Source of the DNA: Rhodanobacter sp.
GTDB lineage: Bacteria; Pseudomonadota; Gammaproteobacteria; Xanthomonadales; Rhodanobacteraceae
DNA: 64,000 nucleotides
Reading direction: 5' to 3'
Assembly: GCA_036833615.1 (NCBI GenBank)
Contig: DAITPL010000004.1
Location: 1,825 to 65,824, forward strand
Position 1 is the first letter of the stretch; each line of letters starts with the position of its first letter. Both the position numbers and the translations under genes were made by a program. This document shows positions 8,275-18,001 of the stretch, in pieces. The notes beneath the pieces are model-generated. The model was not told the origin of the DNA and ran no database searches. It saw nothing but the letters and a program-made list of their open reading frames with translations.

Positions 8275-10566
8275 TCAGGCGGTTTGCTGCAACTGCGCGC
8301 GTAGTTGTCTGGCACTTGCCACCATATGCGTCAACGCTGGTTCCACCTCCGTCCAGCCACGCGTCTTCAGGCCGCAATCCGGGTTGACCCACAGCTGCGC
8401 CGGCTGCAATACCGCCAGCGCCCGGAGCAGCAGGTCGGTGATTTCCGCGGTCGAGGGTATGCGCGGCGAATGGATGTCGTACACGCCCGGACCAATGCCG
8501 TTGGGGTAGTGGAATTGCGCGAAGGCGTCGAGCAGCTCCATGCGTGAGCGGCTGGTCTCCATCGAGATCACGTCGGCGTCCATGGCGGCCACTGCCTCGA
8601 TGATGTCGTTGAATTCCGAGTAACACATGTGCGTATGGATTTGCGTCGCATCGCGCACGCCGCCAGCGGTGATGCGGAAGCACTCCACCGCCCACGCCAG
8701 ATAGCCAGGCCAGTCCGCACGGCGCAGCGGCAGGCCTTCGCGCAGCGCCGGCTCGTCGATCTGGATCACGCCGATGCCGGCCGCCTCCAGGTCATGCACC
8801 TCGTCGCGCAACGCCAGCGCCATCTGCCGGCACACGGTTTCGCGCGGCAGATCGTCGCGCACAAACGACCATTGCAGCATCGTTACCGGACCGGTCAGCA
8901 TGCCTTTCATCGGCTTGCTGGTAAGCGACTGTGCATAGCTGGACCAGCGCACGGTCATTGATGCGGGGCGCGCGATGTCGCCCCAGATGACTGGCGGCTT
9001 CACGCAACGCGAACCGTAACTTTGCACCCAGCCGAGCTTGGTGAACAGATAGCCGTCCAATTGCTCGCCAAAGTATTCCACCATGTCGTTGCGTTCGGGC
9101 TCGCCATGCACCAGTACATCGAGCCCGATGGATTCCTGGAAGCGCACGACGTGTTCGATTTCCGCCTGCAGCAATTCGTCGTAGGCGACGTCACCCAGCT
9201 TGCCGGCGCGATGCGCGGCGCGCGCCTTGCGCAGCGCGTCGGTTTGCGGGAAGGAGCCAATCGTGGTGGTGGGCAGTAATGGCAGCACGCGCGCATTGGC
9301 CTGGGTGATCGCGCGCTGGGCGTAGGTGGAACGGCGCAGCGTACTTTGTGGGCTCAATGCATGCAGTCGTGCACGTACCGCTGGATTGAGCACACCCGGT
9401 GCCTGCAACTGTGCCGACAGCGCGGATTGCTGCGTGGACAACGCGACTGCGGCTTGCGCATCGCCAGCCAGCGCATTCGCGTACGCACGCAGCTCCTCGA
9501 GCTTCTGCCGGGCAAAGGCCAGCGGCGCACGCCGCGTCGGGTCGAGTGCGGTTTCCGCCGCCAGATCGATCGGCACGTGCAGCAGCGAACACGATGGTGC
9601 GAGCCACAACCGCTCACTGCCCACCCGCGCCTGGGCCTTGCGCAGCAAGGGCAGTACGCGCTCCGGGTGGCTACGCCAGATATTGCGACCGTCGATCACG
9701 CCGGCGCTGAGAATGCTCTGCGTCGGCAGCGCATCCAGTACGGCATCCAGCTGGGCTGGTGCGCGCACCAGATCCACGTGCAGGCCGCTGACGGGCAGCG
9801 ACGCGGCCAGCGCCAGGTTGTCGCCAAGTGCGCCAAAGTACGTGGCCAGCAGGACTTTTGGACCGTGGGCCGCGGCCAGTGCGGCATACGCGTGGCGCCA
9901 GGCCGCGTGCGCGGCAGGGTTCTGGTCGAGTACCAGGCAGGGCTCGTCCAGTTGTACCCAGTCGGCTCCGGCCGTGGCCAGCTTCTGCAGCAGTTCCACG
10001 TAGGCTGGAAGCAGCGCGTCGAGCAACGCCAGATGATTGCTGCCGTCCACGGTCTTGGCCAGCAGCAGGAACGAGACCGGCCCGAGCAGTACCGGCCGCG
10101 CGGCATGGCCCAGGGCCTTCGCCTCGCGCAGCTCCGCGATCGGTTTGTCGTCGTTCAGCGTGAACTGCTGGCCGGCTTCGAGCTCCGGCACGAGATAGTG
10201 ATAGTTGGTGTCGAACCACTTGGTCATTTCCAGCGCGTGCAAGTCGTGGCCGCCGCGCTTGTATCCGCGCGCCATGGCGAAATAGCCGTCCAGACGGCTT
10301 GTGGAGAACACGGGCCGATAGCGTGCCGGGATCGCATCGAACAACACGGCGGTATCCAGCACGTGGTCATACAGGCTGAAGTCATTGCACGGCACCACGT
10401 CGGCGCCGGCATCGATCGCGAGCTGCCAGTGGCGCCGACGCAACATACGGGCGGTGTCGCGCAGGGTGTCTGCTTCAAGTTCGCCGCGCCAGTGGGCTTC
10501 CAGTGCGTGCTTGAGTTCGCGCTTGAGGCCGATGCGCGGGAATCCGGAATAGGTGACGAGTGACAT
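8275..10566 (-). CDS. metE: Cobalamin-independent methionine synthase (full-length, two-barrel)
   Basis: GFPRIG..RELK, EMTKWFDTNYHY, PTTTIGSFPQT, HGEPERNDMVEYF, Zn ligands HTHMC and NPDCGLKTR. Confidence 0.98.
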   Translation of the reverse strand: MSLVTYSGFPRIGLKRELKHALEAHWRGELEADTLRDTARMLRRRHWQLAIDAGADVVPCNDFSLYDHVLDTAVLFDAIPARYRPVFSTSRLDGYFAMARGYKRGGHDLHALEMTKWFDTNYHYLVPELEAGQQFTLNDDKPIAELREAKALGHAARPVLLGPVSFLLLAKTVDGSNHLALLDALLPAYVELLQKLATAGADWVQLDEPCLVLDQNPAAHAAWRHAYAALAAAHGPKVLLATYFGALGDNLALAASLPVSGLHVDLVRAPAQLDAVLDALPTQSILSAGVIDGRNIWRSHPERVLPLLRKAQARVGSERLWLAPSCSLLHVPIDLAAETALDPTRRAPLAFARQKLEELRAYANALAGDAQAAVALSTQQSALSAQLQAPGVLNPAVRARLHALSPQSTLRRSTYAQRAITQANARVLPLLPTTTIGSFPQTDALRKARAAHRAGKLGDVAYDELLQAEIEHVVRFQESIGLDVLVHGEPERNDMVEYFGEQLDGYLFTKLGWVQSYGSRCVKPPVIWGDIARPASMTVRWSSYAQSLTSKPMKGMLTGPVTMLQWSFVRDDLPRETVCRQMALALRDEVHDLEAAGIGVIQIDEPALREGLPLRRADWPGYLAWAVECFRITAGGVRDATQIHTHMCYSEFNDIIEAVAAMDADVISMETSRSRMELLDAFAQFHYPNGIGPGVYDIHSPRIPSTAEITDLLLRALAVLQPAQLWVNPDCGLKTRGWTEVEPALTHMVASARQLRAQLQQTA

Positions 10567-10712
10567 GCGTGATTCCTCTCATGGCGTGACAACGAAGGGC
10601 GGTGGACCCGGGCCTTGGCCCGGTAGACGGGACCGTCGTTTTGCCGCCTCGGTGGCTTGGCGCGATGGGTGGTGCCGGTTCGGCTTGCGCCCCGGTACGG
10701 GCTGAATTTTAC

Positions 10713-10744
10713 TTGTATCGCTTCATCCGTATTGAAAGATACAA
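10713..10744. promoter_or_regulatory. Putative operator TTGTATC-N18-GATACAA upstream of metE
   Basis: Perfect 7-bp inverted ends; core TATCGCTTCATCCGTATTGAAAGATA aligns with the metK site. Confidence 0.65.
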
Positions 10745-11015
10745 CGAGAATGGAAGGGAAGATAGGCGCCGCCGGCGGCAACGTCGTTGATCCGGGTCAA
10801 GCCGCGCACTACTCGGCCGCGGGCGGTGCCAGGCACTGATTGGCTGGCGGGTGCCTTGCGGTTTTCGCGGGCGTGGCGCCAGGCCGCGGCAGCGGTTCGG
10901 GTTTGGGCCAGGCGGCGTGGTGGTGGTTGCGCCGCGCGGGTGGCCGCCAGCTGGTCGCTGCCTGCCGACGGCGGCACGCTGTTGCCCGCGCGGGCGCTGG
11001 CGGTGCGCCGGTGTA

Positions 11016-12002
11016 TCAGGCAGCGAGCGCGACGTCGCTGGCGAGGGCTGCGAAGTAATCGCGGGTCAGGCGCAGCTGGTCGGCGGCGGATTCGGCTTGG
11101 TTGACCACCTGACGAAACGCGGCGTTTTCCGGGCGGTCCTTCGCATACCAGCCCAGATGCTTGCGCGCGATGCGGACGCCGGCCTGTTCGCCGTAAAACG
11201 CATACAGGTGTTCCAGATGGCCTAGCAGGATGGCGGCTACTTCCGTGGGCGTGGGCTCTGGCAGCAACTGGCCGCAGGCCAGATAGTGCGCAATCTCGCG
11301 GAAGATCCACGGGCGGCCTTGCGCACCGCGACCAATCATCAACGCGTCGGCACCGGTGCGGTCCAGTACGCGGCGGGCCTGCTGCGGCGTATTGATATCG
11401 CCGTTGGCGAAGACGGGAATGCGTACTGCGGCCTTGACGGCGGTGATGGTGGCGTACTCGGCGTCGCCGGCATAGCGGTCAGCCCGCGTACGCCCATGCA
11501 CGGCAAGCGCGGCAATGCCGGCGTCCTCGGCGATGTGTGCGACGTTCACGGCGTTGCGGTGCTCGCGGTCCCAGCCGGTGCGGATTTTCAGGGTCACCGG
11601 CACGTCCACCGCAGCGACGACGGCCTTGACGATGCGCGCGACCAGCGGCTCGTCCTGCAGCAACGCCGAGCCGGACCAGACGTTGCACACCTTCTTGGCC
11701 GGGCAACCCATGTTGATGTCGATGATCTGGGCGCCGTTGGCGACATTGAAACGCGCCGCCTCCGCCAGCATCGCCGGATCGTAGCCGGCAATCTGCACGC
11801 TGACCGGTTCGGGTTCGCCCGTGTGATCCATGCGGTGCAGCGATTTGCTGGTGTGCCACAACTTCGGATCGGCAGTGGTCATCTCGGACACCGCCAAGCC
11901 GGCGCCAAGCCGCTTGCACAGCAGACGAAACGGTTTGTCGGTCACGCCGGCCATGGGACCGAGCACGACCGGCGGGTCAATCAGGTAAGGACCGATGTAC
12001 AT
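11016..12002 (-). CDS. dusB: tRNA-dihydrouridine synthase B
   Basis: PMAGVTDKPFR, IDINMGCPAKKV, PVTLKIRTGWD, VHGRTR, ANGDI, MIGRGAQGRPWIF, RKHLGWY. Confidence 0.95.
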   Translation of the reverse strand: MYIGPYLIDPPVVLGPMAGVTDKPFRLLCKRLGAGLAVSEMTTADPKLWHTSKSLHRMDHTGEPEPVSVQIAGYDPAMLAEAARFNVANGAQIIDINMGCPAKKVCNVWSGSALLQDEPLVARIVKAVVAAVDVPVTLKIRTGWDREHRNAVNVAHIAEDAGIAALAVHGRTRADRYAGDAEYATITAVKAAVRIPVFANGDINTPQQARRVLDRTGADALMIGRGAQGRPWIFREIAHYLACGQLLPEPTPTEVAAILLGHLEHLYAFYGEQAGVRIARKHLGWYAKDRPENAAFRQVVNQAESAADQLRLTRDYFAALASDVALAA

Positions 12003-12209
12003 CGACGTATTGTAGGCAGTGGCGTCCGGCAACGGGTACGCATGGGCGTTTGCCGGAACCGGGATGTGGCAATCGCGTCGGCGCTGAACGCGCCTGCCAT
12101 GGCGGTGGTTGCGTAGCGCCGGGGCGGGCCGCATCACCGCCCACCCCTGGTTGCACCGAACGGCCCGACGATGGCCGGCGCAACGGGACCCGCTTGTGGC
12201 GGGCCGGTT

Positions 12210-14774
12210 TTACATCTGGCCGCGCAACGTCACGCCAAAAGTGCGCGGAGCACCGAGAAAGCCGTTGATCGAACCGGTCTGCAGCGGCGCGTCGTACGCA
12301 ACTTGCGTATACGTCCGGTTGGTAAGGTTGTCCGCCCACAACTCGACCTGCCAGTGCTTGTTGACGGCCCCGACGATGAAGCGGGCATTCACCAGCGTGA
12401 AAGCCGGCTGGATTTTCAGCGGATTGAGGTCGGAGCCGGTGTTGTAATCGGTGGTGTACTTCGCGCCGAGGTTGAAGCGTCCCGTCAGGCTGGAGTTGAA
12501 GTTCCAGGCGTAGGTGAAGCCGCCGGTGAACGCCCACTTGGGTGTGAAGCTGGCAGTTGCCCCCGGCAGTCGGCGCAATTCGATTTCCGGTAGCGAATCG
12601 CCGCCATACCTCGATTTGAGGTACGTCAAGCCGCCCTGCACGGACAGTCCGGTCAGGTTGGTCTGCCACAGCAGATCGGCGTCCAGGCCGCGCGTCTTCA
12701 GCTTCGGGATGGTTTGCACGACAAAACTGGTGCCGAGAAAACTGTTGAGCTGGAAGTCGCTGTAGTCGGACTGGAACAATGCAGCGTTGAGCAGCAGGTT
12801 GCCGCCGTCCCAGGTCGTCTTGGCGCCAAGTTCGTAGCTGTCGACAAACTCGCCAGGGAACCACGTGTCGTCGACCGGAGTGATGCCGACGGAGCCGTTG
12901 TTCAAGCCGTTGGCGGATTGCACGCGGTCCAGGTTGAAACCGCCGGCCTTGTAGCCACGCGCGGCCGAGGCATAGCCCATCACCGTTTCATTCCAGCGGT
13001 ACGCGGCCTTGAGCGTGCCTGACCATTCGTTCTCGGTACGGTCCTGGTGGGTCTGCAAGCCGGCGAATTGCGGGTTGGCCCACGGCAGGCACATGAAACC
13101 GATCACGGTGGGCACCACCGCACCCGCCGCCTGCGCCGGCACGCCGCGCTGCATCAGCGCCAGGGCCACGTTGGTCGGGTTGGTCAACGCTGCCGTGCAG
13201 CCTTGAGCGCCGTTCGGGCTGGCATACAGCGAGTCAATGGTTTTTTTGGCGTGGGTGTAACGCACGCCGCCGGTCAGCGCCAGCGCATCGGTGGCGTGGA
13301 AGGTCACGTTGCCAAAAGCTGCGGTACTTTTCGCCACCTGGTTCCAGCGATCATGAGACGCCGGCCCGACGAAGGCCGTACCGAATGGCATGCCGGCGGC
13401 CTGGGAGAGGAACGTGGCCGCGCCAGCGGTGTTGACCAGGCCGGGCGGGAAGGCGGCGGCGACGTTGTTCAACAGCGCGATGGACAGGTACGGTTCGTAG
13501 GCTGAACCGAGCGTCACCGCGTCATTGCGTCGCAGGTGTTCGTTGTCGAAATACACTCCGCCCATCCAGTCGAAGCGATCCGTGTTGCCGGCCAGCCGGA
13601 GCTCCTGGGTGAGGGTGCGGAAACGCACGGCATTGTCGTTTGGGCCATACGCGCGGTACCAGAGATCCGCGCCGCTGTAATCCAGATCCGCCGGGTTTGA
13701 CGCAGTCCACTTGCGCAGCGAGCTGATCGAAGTGAGCGTGGCGCCACCAAACCACGGGGTGATCCAGTTCGCTTCGGCCGCCAGCCCCTTGTCGACGATC
13801 TGCTGCGTGGTGTCGCGGTTGTTGTAGGCGAGGCGCCGCGATTTGTCGGCGATCGGGATGACGCCGTTGCCGCCGGCCAGGGCGTCGACGATGGCCGCGG
13901 TGGGGCCGCGGAACAAGGTGACACCGACGCAGCAGTTTTCGTCGCGCCGCGTGTAGTCGCCGGTGATGTTGACGTCGAACGTGTCCGTCGGCCGGACCAG
14001 CAACTGCGCCCGTACCGAGTGGAAGTTCTGGTCGCCGTCGGTGGCCAGCGTGCGCGGCCCAACGCCGGTATTCACCTTGTTGTAGCCATCGTGCTGGCGG
14101 TCGACGGCGTAGATCCGGAACGCCGCATGGTCACCGAGCTGGTTGTTGTACGAGGCGTCCACACCGACCGCGTGGTAGTTGCCGACGGTCAGATTCGCGT
14201 AGCCCTCTTCATTGAAGGTGGGGCGCTTGGTGGTGATGTTGATCAGGCCGGCCGAGGTGTTCTTGCCAAACACCGTACCTTGCGGGCCCTTGAGTACCTC
14301 GATCTGCTCGAGCTCGCCGAGGTCATTGAACGCCACTCCGCCGCGGGCGCGTGGTACGCCGTCGATGACCACGCCAACGGAGGACTCCAGACCGGGGTTG
14401 TCGCCCACCGTGCCGACGCCGCGGATGTGCGCGGTAGTCACGCCTTCCGCCGTGGTGCTGGTGACGCTCAGCGCCGGCACCAGGATCTGCAGGTCCTTGA
14501 TGTTGTGCACCCCGGTGTCGCGAAGTATCTGCTCGGGCAGAGTGGTCAGCGTGATGGGTATGTCCTGCAGCAATTCCACGCGTTTTTGTGCGCGCACCGT
14601 GATTTCGCTCAGCGTCGTGGCCTTGGTGCTGTCGGCGGCAGTTGGCGCCGGTGCCTCGGCGGTGGCATCAGCCGGGCGCGTGTCCTGGGCAAGTGCGCCG
14701 ACGGGGTGCAGCGTGGCGAGCGCAGCGGTGATTGACAATGCCAGCAGTTGGCTGCGGTGAATGCGAGTGCTCAT
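12210..14774 (-). CDS. TonB-dependent outer-membrane receptor, substrate unknown
   Basis: Signal peptide, TonB-box-like EITVRAQKR, plug IEVLKGPQGTVFGKNTSAGLINITT, C-terminal GAPRTFGVTLRGQM; GGAGGAG RBS. Confidence 0.92.
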   Translation of the reverse strand: MSTRIHRSQLLALSITAALATLHPVGALAQDTRPADATAEAPAPTAADSTKATTLSEITVRAQKRVELLQDIPITLTTLPEQILRDTGVHNIKDLQILVPALSVTSTTAEGVTTAHIRGVGTVGDNPGLESSVGVVIDGVPRARGGVAFNDLGELEQIEVLKGPQGTVFGKNTSAGLINITTKRPTFNEEGYANLTVGNYHAVGVDASYNNQLGDHAAFRIYAVDRQHDGYNKVNTGVGPRTLATDGDQNFHSVRAQLLVRPTDTFDVNITGDYTRRDENCCVGVTLFRGPTAAIVDALAGGNGVIPIADKSRRLAYNNRDTTQQIVDKGLAAEANWITPWFGGATLTSISSLRKWTASNPADLDYSGADLWYRAYGPNDNAVRFRTLTQELRLAGNTDRFDWMGGVYFDNEHLRRNDAVTLGSAYEPYLSIALLNNVAAAFPPGLVNTAGAATFLSQAAGMPFGTAFVGPASHDRWNQVAKSTAAFGNVTFHATDALALTGGVRYTHAKKTIDSLYASPNGAQGCTAALTNPTNVALALMQRGVPAQAAGAVVPTVIGFMCLPWANPQFAGLQTHQDRTENEWSGTLKAAYRWNETVMGYASAARGYKAGGFNLDRVQSANGLNNGSVGITPVDDTWFPGEFVDSYELGAKTTWDGGNLLLNAALFQSDYSDFQLNSFLGTSFVVQTIPKLKTRGLDADLLWQTNLTGLSVQGGLTYLKSRYGGDSLPEIELRRLPGATASFTPKWAFTGGFTYAWNFNSSLTGRFNLGAKYTTDYNTGSDLNPLKIQPAFTLVNARFIVGAVNKHWQVELWADNLTNRTYTQVAYDAPLQTGSINGFLGAPRTFGVTLRGQM

Positions 14775-15400
14775 GGCGTTGCTCCTCCCTGGTGGATGCC
14801 GGGTACGCGTATCGAGGCCAAGCGCGCACGTGGCGCGCCGTGCCCCGTGGCCCGGACGTCATGCGGGCCTTGAGTGATTGCGGCGAGTGGGACGTTGCAG
14901 AAGCGGAATGTGGTGTGCATGCAATGGACTCTGCGGGGCAGGACCGCCGGGTTCTCCTGCGTGACATTGCCCGCAGGTGCGTACGCACTGACGTTGGCGC
15001 GGACTGGCTGTCGACGAACTCGGCAGGCCAAGTCGATAGTTTTGCGTGAACGAAAACGTAAATTCTTGCTGATCCGCATCCTATCCATTGCAGTGGTTGA
15101 AAGCAACGCCGGAGGAACCAGTAATTTCTTGCGGTAGCCGAGGGGTACGGCCACCTCTTCGCGCGGCGTCATCTGCGTCAAATGCGGTGCGGATCAAGAT
15201 GTGCGCGAGCGCTGTGCACAGGACGCCAAAGGCGCTCAGCGTGGGCGTCGCGCCTGTCGCCATTGCCCGTTGCTGGCGGCTTCATAACGCGTGGCCAGGA
15301 TTACGCGCCGCGCCCGCAAGGCACGCGCGCGTTCTATGGTGGCCAGCACTTGGCGCCGCGGTTGGTTCACGTGCCGCCGCTGCCGTGCTTGCGATATCAG

Positions 15401-16672
15401 TCAGTTGACGCCGGAGCCTTCCGCCAGCGCGGAGGGACGTGCCGGATCCCGCACGTGCTCGTGCTTGAAGAACAACGCGAACAGTACGGCCACGACCAGA
15501 GAGTAAACGGCGAACGTGAGCCAGATGCCGTGCCAGTCCTTGCTGCCGTCGACTTCGGTGAACCAGGCATCGATGATCAAACCACTGAGCGAGCTGCCCA
15601 GGATCGCGCCGATACCGTTGGTCATCAGCATGAACAGGCCCTGCGCGCTGGCGCGGATCTGTGGCCCCACCTGACCCTCGACGAACAGCGAACCGGAGAT
15701 ATTGAAGAAGTCGAATGCCATGCCGTAGACGATGTTGGACAGCAGGATCATCCACAACAGGTCGGTCGGGTTGCCGTAGGCAAACAGGCCGAAGCGCAGC
15801 ACCCAGGCGACCATGCTGATCAGCATGACCTTCTTGATGCCGAAGCGGTGCAGGAAAAACGGGATGGCCAGAATGAACAGCGTTTCCGACACCTGCGACA
15901 GCGACAGCACGATGTTGGAGTACCTCACCACGAAGGACTGCGCGTACGCCGCGTTGCTGCCGAAGTCGCTCAGGAACGTGTTGCCGTAGGCATTGGTGAG
16001 CTGCAACGACGCGCCCAGCGCCATCGCAAACAGGAAAAACACCGCCATCTTGTACTGCTTCATCAGGGCGAATGCGCGCAGACCCAGCGCATCGATCAGC
16101 GAAGCATGTTTGGTGTAGGCCGGTGGACAGCGCGGCAACGTAAACGCGTACAGACCCAGCACGACCGCGGCTACACCGGCCACGTAAAACTGGGCTGGCG
16201 AGGTGTCCAGGTGGCGCAGGCTGATCGTCCACATGGCGACAATGAAACCAATCGTGCCCCACACGCGGATTGGCGGGTACGTCTTGATGATGTCCGCACC
16301 GTCGGCTTTCAGCGCGTTGTAGGCCACGGTAATAGCCAACGCGATGGTCGGCATGTAAAAGCACATGTTGACCAGCATCACCCAGAACAACGCCTGCGGG
16401 CTGTCGATGGCCGGCACGATGAACAACATGCCCGCGCCCAGCAGGTGCAACCCACCGTACAGACGCTCGGCGTTGATCCACTTGTCGGCGACGATACCCA
16501 TCAGTGCCGGCATGAACAGTGAGGCGATACCCATCGTCGCAAAGATCGCGCCGAACTCGGTGCTCGACCAGTGCTGGGTGTGATAGCAATAGTTGCCGAC
16601 GGTGGTGAGCCACGACCCCCAGACAAAGAACTGCAGGAAGTTCATCACGATCAAGCGCAGCTTGATGCTCAT
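15401..16672 (-). CDS. nupG: Nucleoside:H+ symporter (NupG/XapB family MFS)
   Basis: MNFLQFFVWGSWLTT, GIVADKW, YPPIRVWGTIGFI, IVYGMAFDFFNISGSLFVE, RASAQGLF. Confidence 0.88.
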   Translation of the reverse strand: MSIKLRLIVMNFLQFFVWGSWLTTVGNYCYHTQHWSSTEFGAIFATMGIASLFMPALMGIVADKWINAERLYGGLHLLGAGMLFIVPAIDSPQALFWVMLVNMCFYMPTIALAITVAYNALKADGADIIKTYPPIRVWGTIGFIVAMWTISLRHLDTSPAQFYVAGVAAVVLGLYAFTLPRCPPAYTKHASLIDALGLRAFALMKQYKMAVFFLFAMALGASLQLTNAYGNTFLSDFGSNAAYAQSFVVRYSNIVLSLSQVSETLFILAIPFFLHRFGIKKVMLISMVAWVLRFGLFAYGNPTDLLWMILLSNIVYGMAFDFFNISGSLFVEGQVGPQIRASAQGLFMLMTNGIGAILGSSLSGLIIDAWFTEVDGSKDWHGIWLTFAVYSLVVAVLFALFFKHEHVRDPARPSALAEGSGVN

Positions 16673-16798
16673 CGACAGATATCCGGCATGTGCAGTTCCC
16701 CAGCGCACCTGTGCACGAGCCGGCTGGCTGCGCGTGCCGGCAGGTTAGAGGAACGCGCCACTGCCGGGCAAGGCGCGGCGCAGCCCCGGCCGCTGGAA

Positions 16799-17395
16799 TC
16801 AGGCCGGATCGTGCAATGCCGCGGCGATGCGCGCGCGCAGCACAGGCAGCAGTTCGGACTCGAACCACAGGTTGTGCATCACCCACGGTCGGTTGCGCGG
16901 GCTGGGGTGCGGCAGCGGCAGTTTGCCTTGCGGCAGGTACTGGCGCCACGCGCGCACGGTGTCGGTGAGTTTGGTCCCACGCGGCACGCCAAGCATGCCC
17001 ATCTGTGCGTACTGGCCAATCAGCAACGTCAGTTGCACCTGCTTCAGCAGCGGCAACAGGCGCGGATGCCAGGTCACGGCGCACTCCGGTCGCGGCGGCA
17101 GATCGCCGCCGTTGGCACTGCCGGGAAAACAAAACCCCATCGGTACGATGGCGACCCGTCTGGCGTCGTAGAACGTGGCCTTGTCGATGCCCATCCATTC
17201 GCGCAGGCGGTCGCCGCTGACATCGGCAAACGGCACGCCGCTCAGGTGTACCTTGCGGCCCGGCGCCTGGCTGACGATCAGCAGGCGGGCGGTGGCTGAC
17301 GCCTGCAGTACCGGGCGCGGGCCAAGCGGCAGGTGCGCTGCGCAAATCTGGCAGGCGCGGATTTCCGCGAGTAATCGATCAAGTTTGCTGCGCAT
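16799..17395 (-). CDS. Uracil-DNA glycosylase-like family protein
   Basis: IRACQICAAHL, IVSQAPG, SGDRLREWMG, PMGFCFPG, DLPPRPEC, LPHPSPRN. Confidence 0.85.
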   Translation of the reverse strand: MRSKLDRLLAEIRACQICAAHLPLGPRPVLQASATARLLIVSQAPGRKVHLSGVPFADVSGDRLREWMGIDKATFYDARRVAIVPMGFCFPGSANGGDLPPRPECAVTWHPRLLPLLKQVQLTLLIGQYAQMGMLGVPRGTKLTDTVRAWRQYLPQGKLPLPHPSPRNRPWVMHNLWFESELLPVLRARIAAALHDPA

Positions 17396-17644
17396 GTCCG
17401 GATGTCGTGTTGGTGATGGGGCTATGGCTTGGTAGTGGCGTGACGCGTCAGGCGCAGTGCTCGCCGGTATTCATTGGGTGGAGCCCCATGTGGGGCGTGG
17501 GCCGGTGTGGCGCTGCCAACCGGGCGCGGCTCATTGTCGCGCAACGCTGGTGGTGAACCGCCGCCAGCGTACTGCGGACCGCTCGCGGCGTGGGCCGCGC
17601 TGGTGCTGCGAATGCATCTACGCCAGTGCGGCTTGCGGCAGCCG

Positions 17645-18001
17645 TCAACCAGCGTCGAAGGCGCTGCGCAACCAGGCGTGCCGCGCGGCGGCGGCCGGTC
17701 CGTCGTAGCTGACGACATCGAACCGGCAGGTACGCCGGGCGTGTTCGGGATGTGCGCTCAACCACTGTTGTGCCGCGAGGATCAAGCGTGCCTGCTTGGT
17801 GGGTGTTACCGACGTCGCGGCGTCGCCGTGTCCTGCACTACGGCGATAGCGAACTTCGACGAACACGATGGTGTCGCCGTCGCGCATGATCAGATCCAGT
17901 TCGCCACGTCGGGTGTGGTAGTTGCGGGCCAGCAGGCGCAGGCCGGCGCGCTCGAGTTCGCTGCAGGCGCGCTGTTCGAACTCGTCACCGGTTGCGCGCA
18001 T
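17645..18001 (-). CDS. yraN: YraN family (UPF0102) putative endonuclease
   Basis: ARNYHTRRGELDLIM, VFVEVRYR, CRFDVV; start overlaps the lpoA stop (TGATG). Confidence 0.92.
   Translation of the reverse strand: MRATGDEFEQRACSELERAGLRLLARNYHTRRGELDLIMRDGDTIVFVEVRYRRSAGHGDAATSVTPTKQARLILAAQQWLSAHPEHARRTCRFDVVSYDGPAAAARHAWLRSAFDAG

Noticed and set aside
14775..15057. Possible cobalamin or TPP riboswitch, Fur box or sigma54 promoter before the TonB receptor
   Set aside because: No B12-box, TPP core or GATAATGAT repeats; the TGGCGC..GC candidate has 9-nt rather than 10-nt spacing and faces the wrong way.
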